Origin: Phycisphaeraceae bacterium
GTDB lineage: Bacteria > Planctomycetota > Phycisphaerae > Phycisphaerales > UBA1924
Assembly (NCBI GenBank): GCA_020639195.1
Contig: JACKHB010000004.1
Span: 1-64,000 of the forward strand
Reading direction: 5' to 3'
DNA: 64,000 bases
Shown here: piece after piece, positions 1 to 8,745 of the stretch
How positions within the stretch are numbered: position 1 is the first letter of the stretch
Layout of the letters: each line of letters opens with the position of its first letter
The notes under the pieces: generated by a model
Told to the model about the DNA's origin: nothing
The model's input: only the letters and a program-made list of their open reading frames with translations
Databases searched by the model: none
Translations under genes and position numbers: made by a program

Positions 1-170
1 GGGGGAGTTTCGGGCGTGCGCGAAGTGGTGTCAATGGTGGAACGGGTGAAGGGAGCGTGTGCGCGCGCGCAAAGCGGTGGTGTAGCGCCGAAGGGAGCGG
101 GTCTGCGCGCCAATTGCGAAGCGTGGGCCATGGAAGAAAGCCGGGGCACGGACGTGCGCGCCCCGGCGCT

Positions 171-1271
171 TCAGTTGACAAGGCCCCTGATCTGGGCCGC
201 GAGGTCGCCCTGGCCGAGCACGAACGTGGCGTTCGAGCCGGCGAGGATCTGACCGAGCAGTTCGAGCTCGCGCAGGCGCGCCAGCGTCGGGCTGTCGTCG
301 AGGATCTTGGCCGTGTTGGCCTGGCTCCTCGCGGCGGCGGTTTCCTCGCGCCTGCGGATCAGCTCGGCCTGCGCGGACTTCTCGGCCTCGATGACCCGGT
401 TGAGGATGGCCTTCATGTCGCCGGGCAGGATGATGTCCCTGAGTCCGACGCTCTTGACCTCAACGCCGAACTCGGCGGCGCGAGCCCGGATGGCCTCGCG
501 GACCTCGGCGCCCGCCGCCTGCTTGTCGGTGAGCAGGGCGTCGAGTGTGCGGGAGCCGACCGCGGCGCGCAGGGCGAGCTGCGCTTCGCGGTACAGGGCC
601 TGGGCCGCGTCGTCGACGACGGCAACGGACCGGACCGTGTCGGTGACCTGCCAGGCGACGATGAGGTTGACCCTCAGCGTCACCTTGTCGCTGGTCATAA
701 TCTCCTGGCCGGAGACATCCGCGACGCGCTCGCGCCGATCGACGGCGCGGAACTCGAGGCGGCCGCTGTTCCAGAAGACGTGGCGGCCGGCCCGCAGCGT
801 CTCGATGAGCTCGCCGTTGGCGAAGACGAGAACGTCCTCGTGCGGCGAGACGTCGAGGCCGCGCAGGAACTTGCCGGCGTCGGCGCCGGCGAGAATGGCG
901 TCGAGGCGATCGTGGGTCAGCCTCCGCTGGCGCACGTCGAACAGCTCGACCTCGACGCCGGCCGGGGCGCTCCAGTAGGCGAAGAGCCCCGGGCCGAGGA
1001 TGGCGTCGAGCCTGCCGTTGACCCAGACGATCGCGCGCTGAGTCTGGGTGAGATCCACGATCCGCAGTCGGGCGCGGAGGGCCTGATCGCGCACGAGGGC
1101 CTCGAGGCGCTCGTGCTCGAAGCGCGCCGTGAGCGTGCTGACCACCTCGATGCTCTCCCTGGAGCGCCGGGTGAACGGGACGCGCGCCCGGCCGGGCCCG
1201 ATGACCTCGACGAGGTCGTTGTCGCGGATTCGCAATCCAATCTCGAACGATCCGATGCGGATGACAGTCAT
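171..1271 (-). CDS. SPFH/band-7 (slipin/stomatin-like) domain protein
   Basis: Translation from MTVIRIGSFEIG has the band-7 architecture (beta-rich core then long coiled-coil EAEKSAQAELIRRREETAAARSQ). The ATG at 1271 is preceded by AGGAGG at 5-nt spacing. The extra 24 N-terminal codons in the ORF track look spurious. Confidence 0.75.
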   Translation of the reverse strand: MTVIRIGSFEIGLRIRDNDLVEVIGPGRARVPFTRRSRESIEVVSTLTARFEHERLEALVRDQALRARLRIVDLTQTQRAIVWVNGRLDAILGPGLFAYWSAPAGVEVELFDVRQRRLTHDRLDAILAGADAGKFLRGLDVSPHEDVLVFANGELIETLRAGRHVFWNSGRLEFRAVDRRERVADVSGQEIMTSDKVTLRVNLIVAWQVTDTVRSVAVVDDAAQALYREAQLALRAAVGSRTLDALLTDKQAAGAEVREAIRARAAEFGVEVKSVGLRDIILPGDMKAILNRVIEAEKSAQAELIRRREETAAARSQANTAKILDDSPTLARLRELELLGQILAGSNATFVLGQGDLAAQIRGLVN

Positions 1272-1672
1272 GGCTGCCTCCTTCCTGCGAGGGACCATCC
1301 CTCGCGTGCTCTGCGTTGCGGCGCTGGGCGCGCCGATTGCCAATCAAGCCGTGGATCGGGGGACGCCGATCGATGGGCCCCGCGTTCTTCGGCGGGGCGG
1401 CGCGGGGCGCGAGGGGGAGAGGCCTCGTCGGCGACGGCGCCGCCCACGGGGCGCGTGCGCATGTCGCGTCCTTGGCATCCCCGGCGCGCGCCATCGCCGC
1501 CGCAGGGCCCTTCCGGCGGCGCCCGCCTCGCCCGCGCTCTCGCGCGGACACGGAGCGAACTCCGCGCCGCACGCGCTGCGGGAGACGGCGGGCCGGCCCA
1601 CCGAGTCGGGCGTTCACCCCGATTCACGCGCAACCGATCCCCGTGCAGGGGATGCGGGCCGTTGGGCCCGCG

Positions 1673-1740
1673 GTGGTGAGACGGGAGTCGAACCCGTCCT
1701 CAGCATCCGTAGTGCTGCGCTCACCTGGAGCTCTCACGCA
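1673..1740 (-). tRNA. tRNA-Arg(ACG)-like gene with a degenerate acceptor stem and short D-loop; possible pseudogene
   Basis: Minus-strand sequence has a T-arm ACGGG-TTCGACT-CCCGT and an anticodon arm CAGCA-CTACGGA-TGCTG (anticodon ACG, U33, G37), typical of bacterial tRNA-Arg. D-stem GCTC/GAGC is present but the loop is only 5 nt. The 5' acceptor (TGCGTGA) does not pair with the 3' acceptor (CTCACCA). CCA is not encoded. Confidence 0.45.
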
Positions 1741-1892
1741 CCCACTCGCCGGCGCAGTCAGAACCTGGCCGGGAACGCCCGCGGCGGAGACCGCCGGGCA
1801 CGCCGCCAGCGACACGGGCGAGGGTGGACTCGGGTTGGTGTCTTACATCCGGATCAATGCCATAGGAACACCCCCATCGCCTTGAGCAGGAG

Positions 1893-1932
1893 CCCAAAAC
1901 GAAAAACGCCTCGGAGGAAGGGCCTCCGAGGC
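1893..1932 (-). terminator. rho-independent terminator (minus strand), about 340 nt downstream of polX
   Basis: Perfect 10-bp stem GCCTCGGAGG/CCTCCGAGGC with a 5-nt loop. On the minus strand it is followed by GTTTTTCGTTTTGG. Confidence 0.6.
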
Positions 1933-2268
1933 GTCCGATCGGTGCCCGGGCACTGCCCGGGATCGGGTCTCGGAGGATGTTCTCGGCCGGCAACGATGGT
2001 TCCATCGCGGCACGGGCCGTTCCACAGCGCGCCGACCGAGAGGTCTCGCCGCTGCAGAAAGTCGTACTCGGACACGTAGGCTCGCATGGATCACCTCGTT
2101 TGTGCCTGGTGGCGCGGACCGCCCGCACCGATTGGGGACAAAGATAACGGCCTGGTCGCGATGGTCAAGCGACGCGGATCAATTGATACTCACTCTCTTT
2201 TGGATGACATGAGGCGGTTCGTCCGCTTCGCGCGAGCTTCACACTTCGGCTGTTGCCTGGCGCGTGAG

Positions 2269-4047
2269 TTACGAGGCTCGCTTTTCCTTCAGCCACGCGT
2301 GCAGCCTGGCCTTGCTCCAGGTGTTGATGCACTGCTCGGGCGGGAGCCAGCCGCGACGGCCGGTGAGCACGCCGTAGCGAAGGTTGTCGAAGTGCTCTGC
2401 GCGGTGGACGTCGCAGTCGATGGCGATAAGGCAGCCGGCCTCCACGGCCTGGCGGACGTGGGTGTCGCGCAGGTCGAGGCGCTTCCAGTGGGCGTTGATC
2501 TCCAGGGCGACGTTGTGCTCCTTCGCGGCGGCGATCAGCTCGGGCATGGCGGGCTCGAGGCCCTTGCGTGCCGGGAGGAGTCGGCCGGTGGGGTGGCCCA
2601 GGATGTGGACGAGTGGATGTTCGATGGCCTTGAGCAGGCGGGCGGTGGCCTTCTTTGGATCCTGCGAGAGCGAGGCGTGCGGGCTGGCGACGACGACGTC
2701 GAGTTCGGCGAGCAGGTCGTCGTCGTAGTCCAGCGTGCCGTCGGGCAGGATGTCCACCTCTGAGCCGGTCAGGATGGCGATGCCCTTGACCCTGGCGGCG
2801 CGGACCCGCTTGATGTGGGCGCGCAGGCGATCCTCATCGAGGCCGTTGGCCTGGAACGAACTCCTGGAATGGTCGGTGACGGCGATGGTGTGGAAGTTGC
2901 GGGCGTGGGCGAGCGTGGCGAGTTCATCGATGGAGAGGCGGCCGTCGGAGGCGGTGGTGTGCGCGTGCAGCTCGGACTTGATGTCGTCGAGTTCGATGAG
3001 GCGCGGTGTCGTCTTGAGGCTGAGTTCGTCGCGGTCCTCGCGGATCTCGGGCGGAATGAAGGGCAGGCCGAACTGCTCAAAGACTTGCTCTTCGGTCTTG
3101 CCGGCGATGGCCTTGGCGCCGCGATGCTGCGGCGGGGTTGGGTCGTCGGACTCGGGGTAGAGGCCGTACTCGTTGAGGGTCCAGCCGTTCTTCTGGGCGC
3201 GCTCGCGCAGGCGGACGTTGTGCTCCTTGCTGCCGGTGAAGTAGAGCATGGCAGCGCCCCAGGAGGCCTCGGGGACGAGGCGGAGATCGACCTGGACCGC
3301 CGCGGCGTCGCCGCCCAGGTCGGCGAGCCTGAGCGAGGAGAGGGAGAAGCGGACGGAGGACTTGGACTCGCCCGCCGCGAGGACCTTGATGACCTCGGGC
3401 TGCCTGGTGAAGGCGTCGCGCGCGGCATCGGGATCGGAGGCGGCGCAGAGGATGTCGATGTCGCCGATGGTCTCCTTGCCGCGTCGGAGCGAGCCGGCGA
3501 AGGCGATCTTTTTGACGCCTTCGACCTTGCGGATGCGTTCGACGATGGCCTCGGCGACGGGCATGGCGACGCCGAGAGGGAGTCGGGCGCCGGCGGAGGC
3601 GTTGAACTCGATGGCGTCCTTGATGTTCTGGACGGTCTTGGCGCCCATGCGGGGCAGGTCCATGATGGAGCCGTCGTCGATGATGCGTTTGAGACCGGCG
3701 AGGTCGGTGATGTGCTTGTCCTTCCAGAGCAGCGAGACGGTCTTGGGGCCAAGGCCGGGGAGGTTCATGAGCTCGAAGAGGCCCTCGGGGACCTTGGCGC
3801 GCAGCTCGGCGTGTTCGGTCATATCGCCGGTGTTGGCGTACTGGACGATCTTCGCGGCGATCTTGGCGCCGACGCCGTCGATGGCTTCGAGCTGCTTGGC
3901 GTCGAGATCGGCGACGTCCTGTGGCAGGTCGGCGATGGCGCGGGCGGCCTTCTCGTGGGCGATGACCTTGAAGCGGTTCTCGCCGAGGATCTCGAGCATC
4001 CGGGCGATCTCTTCGAGGCGGTCGGCGACCTCGCGGTTGCGGCTCAT
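2269..4047 (-). CDS. polX: DNA polymerase X family protein with C-terminal PHP phosphoesterase domain
   Basis: N-terminal pol-beta-like HhH region (GVGAKIAAKI, GLGPKTV), nucleotidyltransferase core (GSLRRGKETIGDIDIL) and a C-terminal PHP domain (ELHAHTTASDG ... HILGHPTGR). Length 592 aa. Confidence 0.85.
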   Translation of the reverse strand: MSRNREVADRLEEIARMLEILGENRFKVIAHEKAARAIADLPQDVADLDAKQLEAIDGVGAKIAAKIVQYANTGDMTEHAELRAKVPEGLFELMNLPGLGPKTVSLLWKDKHITDLAGLKRIIDDGSIMDLPRMGAKTVQNIKDAIEFNASAGARLPLGVAMPVAEAIVERIRKVEGVKKIAFAGSLRRGKETIGDIDILCAASDPDAARDAFTRQPEVIKVLAAGESKSSVRFSLSSLRLADLGGDAAAVQVDLRLVPEASWGAAMLYFTGSKEHNVRLRERAQKNGWTLNEYGLYPESDDPTPPQHRGAKAIAGKTEEQVFEQFGLPFIPPEIREDRDELSLKTTPRLIELDDIKSELHAHTTASDGRLSIDELATLAHARNFHTIAVTDHSRSSFQANGLDEDRLRAHIKRVRAARVKGIAILTGSEVDILPDGTLDYDDDLLAELDVVVASPHASLSQDPKKATARLLKAIEHPLVHILGHPTGRLLPARKGLEPAMPELIAAAKEHNVALEINAHWKRLDLRDTHVRQAVEAGCLIAIDCDVHRAEHFDNLRYGVLTGRRGWLPPEQCINTWSKARLHAWLKEKRAS

Positions 4048-4101
4048 GCGCGATGGTAGAGCGCGGCGAGGGCGGCTTGCGTGCGCGTGGCGCGGGCTTC
4101 G

Positions 4102-4500
4102 TCAGGGGGGTGGATCGTCGGAGGCGTGATGCGCGGGGGCCGGCGATCCATCGCCAGCGTCTGAGGCGTCGTTCGGATCGGCGCTCGCGGGCGTCTCGAG
4201 GAACTCGGCGTCGACGCCGTTGAGCGAGGTCATGAGCGCTTCGAGCAGCGTGGAGGGCGGCATGCCACGGAGGAGGAACGGCGCATCGTCGAGCGAGATG
4301 GGACCCTGACCGGTCAGCAGCCAGTGTCCGTTGACGCGCAGTTGCGTGCAGACGGCGGTGAGAAAGGCGGCGCTGGGCGAGTGGCCCAGGAGGTAACGAC
4401 GGACGGTTTCGTGGTGGACGCCGGTGATGGCGGCGATCTCGCGGAGGTTGCGCGCGGAGAGCACGGCGTGGAGGCGGTCGGTGAGGGCGGGGTCGGTCAT
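4102..4500 (-). CDS. helix-turn-helix DNA-binding protein with acidic C-terminal tail
   Basis: HTH near the N-terminus (NLREIAAITGVHHETVRRYLLG). Low-complexity Asp/Pro tail. Sits 18 nt downstream of the 4519-4827 ORF on the same strand. Confidence 0.5.
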   Translation of the reverse strand: MTDPALTDRLHAVLSARNLREIAAITGVHHETVRRYLLGHSPSAAFLTAVCTQLRVNGHWLLTGQGPISLDDAPFLLRGMPPSTLLEALMTSLNGVDAEFLETPASADPNDASDAGDGSPAPAHHASDDPPP

Positions 4501-4518
4501 GCGATGCTCGTGTGCGGG

Positions 4519-4827
4519 CTAGGCGGAGTTGAGCGCGTGGCGCACGTCGGAGATGAAGTGGAGGAGCTGATCGCTGAGCGGTTTGCTGAGGGTGGCGGTC
4601 GGAAGCTGGAGATGATTCTCGATCACATCGAGCTGATGAACGAACAACTCGACGTCGGCCTGACCGCTGAAGGACGGGAGTCCGCGTGTTTCAAAGAGCA
4701 GGATGACGGCCTCGATCGCGGCCTGGCCTGTTCCACCCCAGTTCAGATCCGCGCAGGCCCCTCCCAACACCTCGTAGAGCGCGCACAACAGCGTCTGCAG
4801 TAAGTCCTGCCAATTCGGAGGCATCAC
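4519..4827 (-). CDS. hypothetical protein (102 aa, acidic); lower GC than its neighbours
   Basis: Intact ORF immediately upstream of the HTH gene and divergent from the ECF sigma gene. No recognisable motif. Confidence 0.35.
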   Translation of the reverse strand: MMPPNWQDLLQTLLCALYEVLGGACADLNWGGTGQAAIEAVILLFETRGLPSFSGQADVELFVHQLDVIENHLQLPTATLSKPLSDQLLHFISDVRHALNSA

Positions 4828-4889
4828 GGACTCCTTTTCGCGGCTGGAAGGCTCGGTTACACTCCTCAGGACGCGCTGGAGACACGGGC

Positions 4890-5495
4890 GTGAGGGTGAC
4901 TCCGGGGGAATCCGTGAATTCCTTGAATTCGAACGCGGGCGACTCAGGCAGATTCCTCTCGCGCGAGGAGTTGGCCTCGTTCGTGCTGGAACGGCGCGAG
5001 CAGATCCGTGCGATCGCGAGGGCCAAGCTCCCTCGGGGCGTGCGTTCGGTGTTTGATAGCGAGGACGTCGTTTCGACGGTGCTGAGGCGCGTGGACGGGA
5101 TGATTCAGTCCGGCGCGCTGCGGGCTCGGACGTTCATGGAGCTCGAGTCGCTGATCGGGGTCGTGGCGGAGAACGTCTCGATCACCAAGTCACGACTGGT
5201 GGAGATCGCGCGCCATCGCCGGCTGGACAACGAGTCGATCTGGGAGATGCTCGAGCATCGTGCGGAGCGGTGCGCGGGGAACGAGGAGGCCGCGGGGCTG
5301 CTGTTCAAGATGCTCGGCTCGCTGGATGGCGCCGATCAGCGTCAGATGTTCCTGCTTCGTTTCAGGGGGGCATCGCACCGTGTGGTCGCGAGGCAGCTTG
5401 GCATTGCCGAGGATGCGTGTCGCAAGCGCTGGTCGACGGTGTGTCAGTCGCTCAACGAGCGTTTCTCCGGGGCGCCCGGCCATGATCTCGCCTGA
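4890..5495 (+). CDS. ECF-type sigma-70 family RNA polymerase sigma factor
   Basis: Region-2-like segment (IRAIARAKLP...DSEDVVSTVLRRV) and region-4 HTH (DQRQMFLLRFRGASHRVVARQLGIAEDACRKRWSTV). GTG start at 4890 follows GGAG. Stop TGA at 5493-5495 lies inside the kinase gene. Confidence 0.7.
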   Translation: MRVTPGESVNSLNSNAGDSGRFLSREELASFVLERREQIRAIARAKLPRGVRSVFDSEDVVSTVLRRVDGMIQSGALRARTFMELESLIGVVAENVSITKSRLVEIARHRRLDNESIWEMLEHRAERCAGNEEAAGLLFKMLGSLDGADQRQMFLLRFRGASHRVVARQLGIAEDACRKRWSTVCQSLNERFSGAPGHDLA

Positions 5496-7158
5496 GGCCT
5501 TGGCGAGCCTGCTGGCGGATGTGGATGTGGTCTGCGCCGTGGCACCGCGGGCGTGCCCGTGCGACTTTGGGCCGGATCGGCGTTATGAGCTGCTGGAGCT
5601 GATCGGGATCGGCCGGGACTCGCACGTGTATCTGGCGCGCGATCGGCACATGTCCTCGGATCAGAATGAGGCGCGGGTCGCGATCAAGATTCGCGAGTCC
5701 GGGGCGTCGGCTCGGGAGGAGGCTGTTTCGGGGCGGAGCGTGACGCATCCGCATGTGGTGCGGGTGCTGGATCATGGGGTGAGTCCCGATGGTGCGACGT
5801 ACCTGGTCGAGGAGCTCATGCCGGGCGGAGATCTTTCGGATCTGGGAGCCCCCCTCCCGCCGCGGCGAGCGGCCGCGCTGATCCGCGATACAGCGAGGGG
5901 TGTGCAGGCGCTCCACAGCGCCGGGATCACGCACGGTGATCTGAAGCCCTCGAACGTGCTGCTGGACGGCGATGGCGTCGTGAAGGTCGCGGACTTCGAC
6001 CTGGCGTTCCATGAGCGAGACCAGCTCGCCATCGTCGGCGGAAACCTCGCGTTCATGAGCCCCGAGCGTGTGGAGGCGCCGACCGCGCGGGCGGCCCCGC
6101 CTTCGGATATCTATGCCCTCGGCGGATTGTTGAGCTACCTGCTGACGGGCGCGCTGCCCAACGGCGAGGGTCGAGAGGAGATCCTCAAGCGCCACGAGGC
6201 CGGCCTCGGGCCGGAGGCGCCGGGTATTGAGAGAGACCTTGACCGCATCGTGTGCAGAGCGATGAGCGTTGATCCCGAGCTGCGCCACTGTTCGGGGCAG
6301 GAGTTGGCCGAAGATCTGCGGGATTGGCTCGAGGTGCGGCCGATCCGATGGACCAAGCCCCCACTGGCGCGAAGGGCGGGCCTGTTGCTTCGCCGCCGTC
6401 CCGTGCACACGCTGGCTCTTGGCGCGCTGATCGTGGCGTCCTCGCTGGGGGGAATGCTGTGGTGGCGCATCACCACCGAGCGTGCACGGCATCGCAGAGT
6501 GCAGATCGACGCGTTGATCGACGCCCAGGCCGACTCGCTGGAGTTGGCTCGCCAGGAGGTGGAGGCGTACAAGCGTGCCGGCCGGCAGCTGATCGAGACG
6601 ATCGCCGAATCCGGAATGCTCGGCATGGGTGCACGGAACGGTGCGAATGTACTCCCGTTCGTGGCCTGGCTCTCCTGGTTCGTCAGTCAGGAGATGGTCT
6701 TTGGTGGCGGCACACAGCTCGCACCGGGCGTGCGGATCGATGGATTGCGTTCGATTCTGGACGCGGAGCGAAGCGCGGCTCGCGAGGATGGGCTGGTCGC
6801 GCGCCTGGTCACGGTCTGCCTGGCGCATGAACTGACGCTTGCCGGCCAGATGGCCGAGGCGATCCCGCTGGCGACGGAGGCGTCGGAGTGGGCGGGCGAG
6901 ACGCTTGGGACGACAGACCCGGCCAGGATCGGCATCGAGACCACGCTGGAGTGCGCCCGGGCCCTTCAGGATGCGCAGCAATGGAGTGAAGACGAGATCG
7001 TCTCGGCCATCGAGAGGTTTGAAGCGCGTTCCGTCGCGCTGATGCGGGTTCCGTACTCTGAGCCGGCACGGCTGCTGGTGCAGAGCACGATCGAGCGACT
7101 CCGCGTCTCACCCTCGTCGCTCACCTCGGGCGCGGCGGAGCCTGCATCGAATCCCTAG
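5482..7158 (+). CDS. Hanks-type serine/threonine protein kinase with one TM and an extracytoplasmic C-terminal domain
   Basis: Kinase subdomains VAIK, HGDLKPSNVLLD, DFDLA and SPE are present. TM segment LGALIVASSLGGMLWW. The ATG at 5482 overlaps the sigma gene by 14 nt, suggesting translational coupling. The ORF track's upstream start at 5260 is probably spurious. Confidence 0.8.
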   Translation: MISPEALASLLADVDVVCAVAPRACPCDFGPDRRYELLELIGIGRDSHVYLARDRHMSSDQNEARVAIKIRESGASAREEAVSGRSVTHPHVVRVLDHGVSPDGATYLVEELMPGGDLSDLGAPLPPRRAAALIRDTARGVQALHSAGITHGDLKPSNVLLDGDGVVKVADFDLAFHERDQLAIVGGNLAFMSPERVEAPTARAAPPSDIYALGGLLSYLLTGALPNGEGREEILKRHEAGLGPEAPGIERDLDRIVCRAMSVDPELRHCSGQELAEDLRDWLEVRPIRWTKPPLARRAGLLLRRRPVHTLALGALIVASSLGGMLWWRITTERARHRRVQIDALIDAQADSLELARQEVEAYKRAGRQLIETIAESGMLGMGARNGANVLPFVAWLSWFVSQEMVFGGGTQLAPGVRIDGLRSILDAERSAAREDGLVARLVTVCLAHELTLAGQMAEAIPLATEASEWAGETLGTTDPARIGIETTLECARALQDAQQWSEDEIVSAIERFEARSVALMRVPYSEPARLLVQSTIERLRVSPSSLTSGAAEPASNP

Positions 7159-7197
7159 GTTCTCGTCTTGATGGTGACCGTCGCGAGGCGGGTTCGG

Positions 7198-8031
7198 TCA
7201 CTGCGCCCGGCGCGGCGCGACCGCCAGCGCGAGCGAGAGCACGAACAGCGGCATGGACATCGCGGCCACGGGCAGGGGCCAGCCCGAACTGGTGAGCGCG
7301 TCGGAGGCGAACGACTGGCTGGGGACCGAGCCCGAGGGCATGACCTGCATCGCGGCGTAGAACTGCCACGTGCCTTCCTTGAGTTCGTTCTCACGGCGCT
7401 CGGGGACGGGCTTGCCCTGTGCCTTGGCGTTTCGCTGCCTTCTGGCGAGGCTGCGCTCGCCCTCGGGATAGGCGAGGCGCTCGAGCCTTTCGATCTCGCC
7501 GTCTGGGGTCAATTCGTAGAAATCGAACTGCCAATCGTGTTTGAAGACCTCGCCGAACGTCTCGGGGTCGGCTCCGGGGCGCTGCAGGCGAGTGACGATG
7601 ACGCACCTGCCACGGGCGACGCCCTGCCGGCGCTCGTTGCGTGCGGTGTCGGCGTCGAAGGACTCACCCTCGCGGATGATCAGGATGCGGAGCCAGTCCT
7701 GGTGCGACGCGAGACCGGGCAGATCCTTGAATCGCACCGGGATGCTCACGGGGATCTCGAGGCTCGCCTCGCCGTAGGTGACCACGACCGTGCCCTGGCC
7801 GTTCTCGTCGAGCTTGTCCTCGACGTGGACGGGGCGCTGGGCGAATTCAAAGTCCCGGATCTCGACGGGCCGGAAGTAGTACAGGGTGGGCGGCCTCGCC
7901 TCGTGGTAGGCGTGGATCCGCCGCGCCAGTTCGACGCCGCTGACGCAGAACGCGGCGAGCGAAACGACGGCGATCAGCACCCAGCGCCCTCGCCTGGGTC
8001 GGGCCGTGCTGGGTGGAGTGGCGTCGTTCAC
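7198..8031 (-). CDS. hypothetical membrane protein with N- and C-terminal TM helices; last gene of the cox operon
   Basis: GTG start at 8031, 8 nt after the ctaF stop. TM helices WVLIAVVSLAAFCVSGV and LPVAAMSMPLFVLSLALAV flank a roughly 210-aa soluble domain. Confidence 0.5.
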   Translation of the reverse strand: MNDATPPSTARPRRGRWVLIAVVSLAAFCVSGVELARRIHAYHEARPPTLYYFRPVEIRDFEFAQRPVHVEDKLDENGQGTVVVTYGEASLEIPVSIPVRFKDLPGLASHQDWLRILIIREGESFDADTARNERRQGVARGRCVIVTRLQRPGADPETFGEVFKHDWQFDFYELTPDGEIERLERLAYPEGERSLARRQRNAKAQGKPVPERRENELKEGTWQFYAAMQVMPSGSVPSQSFASDALTSSGWPLPVAAMSMPLFVLSLALAVAPRRAQ

Positions 8032-8039
8032 GGCGGGGC

Positions 8040-8723
8040 CTAGTGGTCCTCGGGCTCGGCGTGATCTTCCTTGGGCGCAAAGACCATCAGGCCGGTCATC
8101 TGCAGGGAGCGATTGGCGGTGCTGACGGCGGGGCCGGACTCGTCGTGGTGCTCGGCATGGCCGTCCTCGCGCGCGCGGACCCTGGCGTGCTCGGCCACGG
8201 AGACGTTCGAGTCAACCTGGACGCTGCCAAACACCCACTGTCCGTCCTTGTCGTAGTGCCACTCGCTTCGATTGAAGTTTCCGCTTCCACCGGCGACGAT
8301 CTCGTGCTTCTTCACGCGGTCGATCGCGTCGCGGCTGAAGAGGTCCAGGGCCGTGAAGCCGAGGAAGATGCCGACTGTCAGCAGGCAGAAGGCGAAGATG
8401 ATGGAATTGAGCTTGGAGTCGTACTTGAGCTGCATGAAGAACAGCACGACGAGCAGGCCCTTGATCACGGCGATGCTCATCGCGATCAGCACGTTGACCG
8501 ACTGGGGCACCTCGACCTTGAACGCCTGGGCGATCCAGATCTCGAATCGAGATGCGAAGACGGTCAGGATGGTGAAGACCAGCAGCCAGGAGAGCACGAT
8601 CAGCAGCGTGCGGAGCGAGACGATGTGATGCCCGTGCGTGTCGTGGGCGTGGAAGCCGTGCGGATCGGTCGGGTCGAAGGCCGCCGCGGCGTCGAGGCTT
8701 CGGGATGGCGTGCTGGGCTTCAT
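8040..8723 (-). CDS. ctaF: cytochrome c oxidase subunit IV (prokaryotic COX4 family) with His-rich termini
   Basis: Three TM helices and the FFMQLKYD motif typical of bacterial subunit IV. Lies directly downstream of ctaE. Termini are His-rich (DPHGFHAHDTHGHH and EDGHAEHHDESG...EDHAEPEDH). Confidence 0.7.
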   Translation of the reverse strand: MKPSTPSRSLDAAAAFDPTDPHGFHAHDTHGHHIVSLRTLLIVLSWLLVFTILTVFASRFEIWIAQAFKVEVPQSVNVLIAMSIAVIKGLLVVLFFMQLKYDSKLNSIIFAFCLLTVGIFLGFTALDLFSRDAIDRVKKHEIVAGGSGNFNRSEWHYDKDGQWVFGSVQVDSNVSVAEHARVRAREDGHAEHHDESGPAVSTANRSLQMTGLMVFAPKEDHAEPEDH

Positions 8724-8745
8724 GGGGTCGTTCCGCGGCTTGGGT

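Noticed and set aside
57-1679. 540-aa plus-strand ORF (Arg/Gly/Asp-rich)
   Set aside because: Antisense to the well-supported SPFH gene. Low-complexity composition typical of GC-rich antisense frames.
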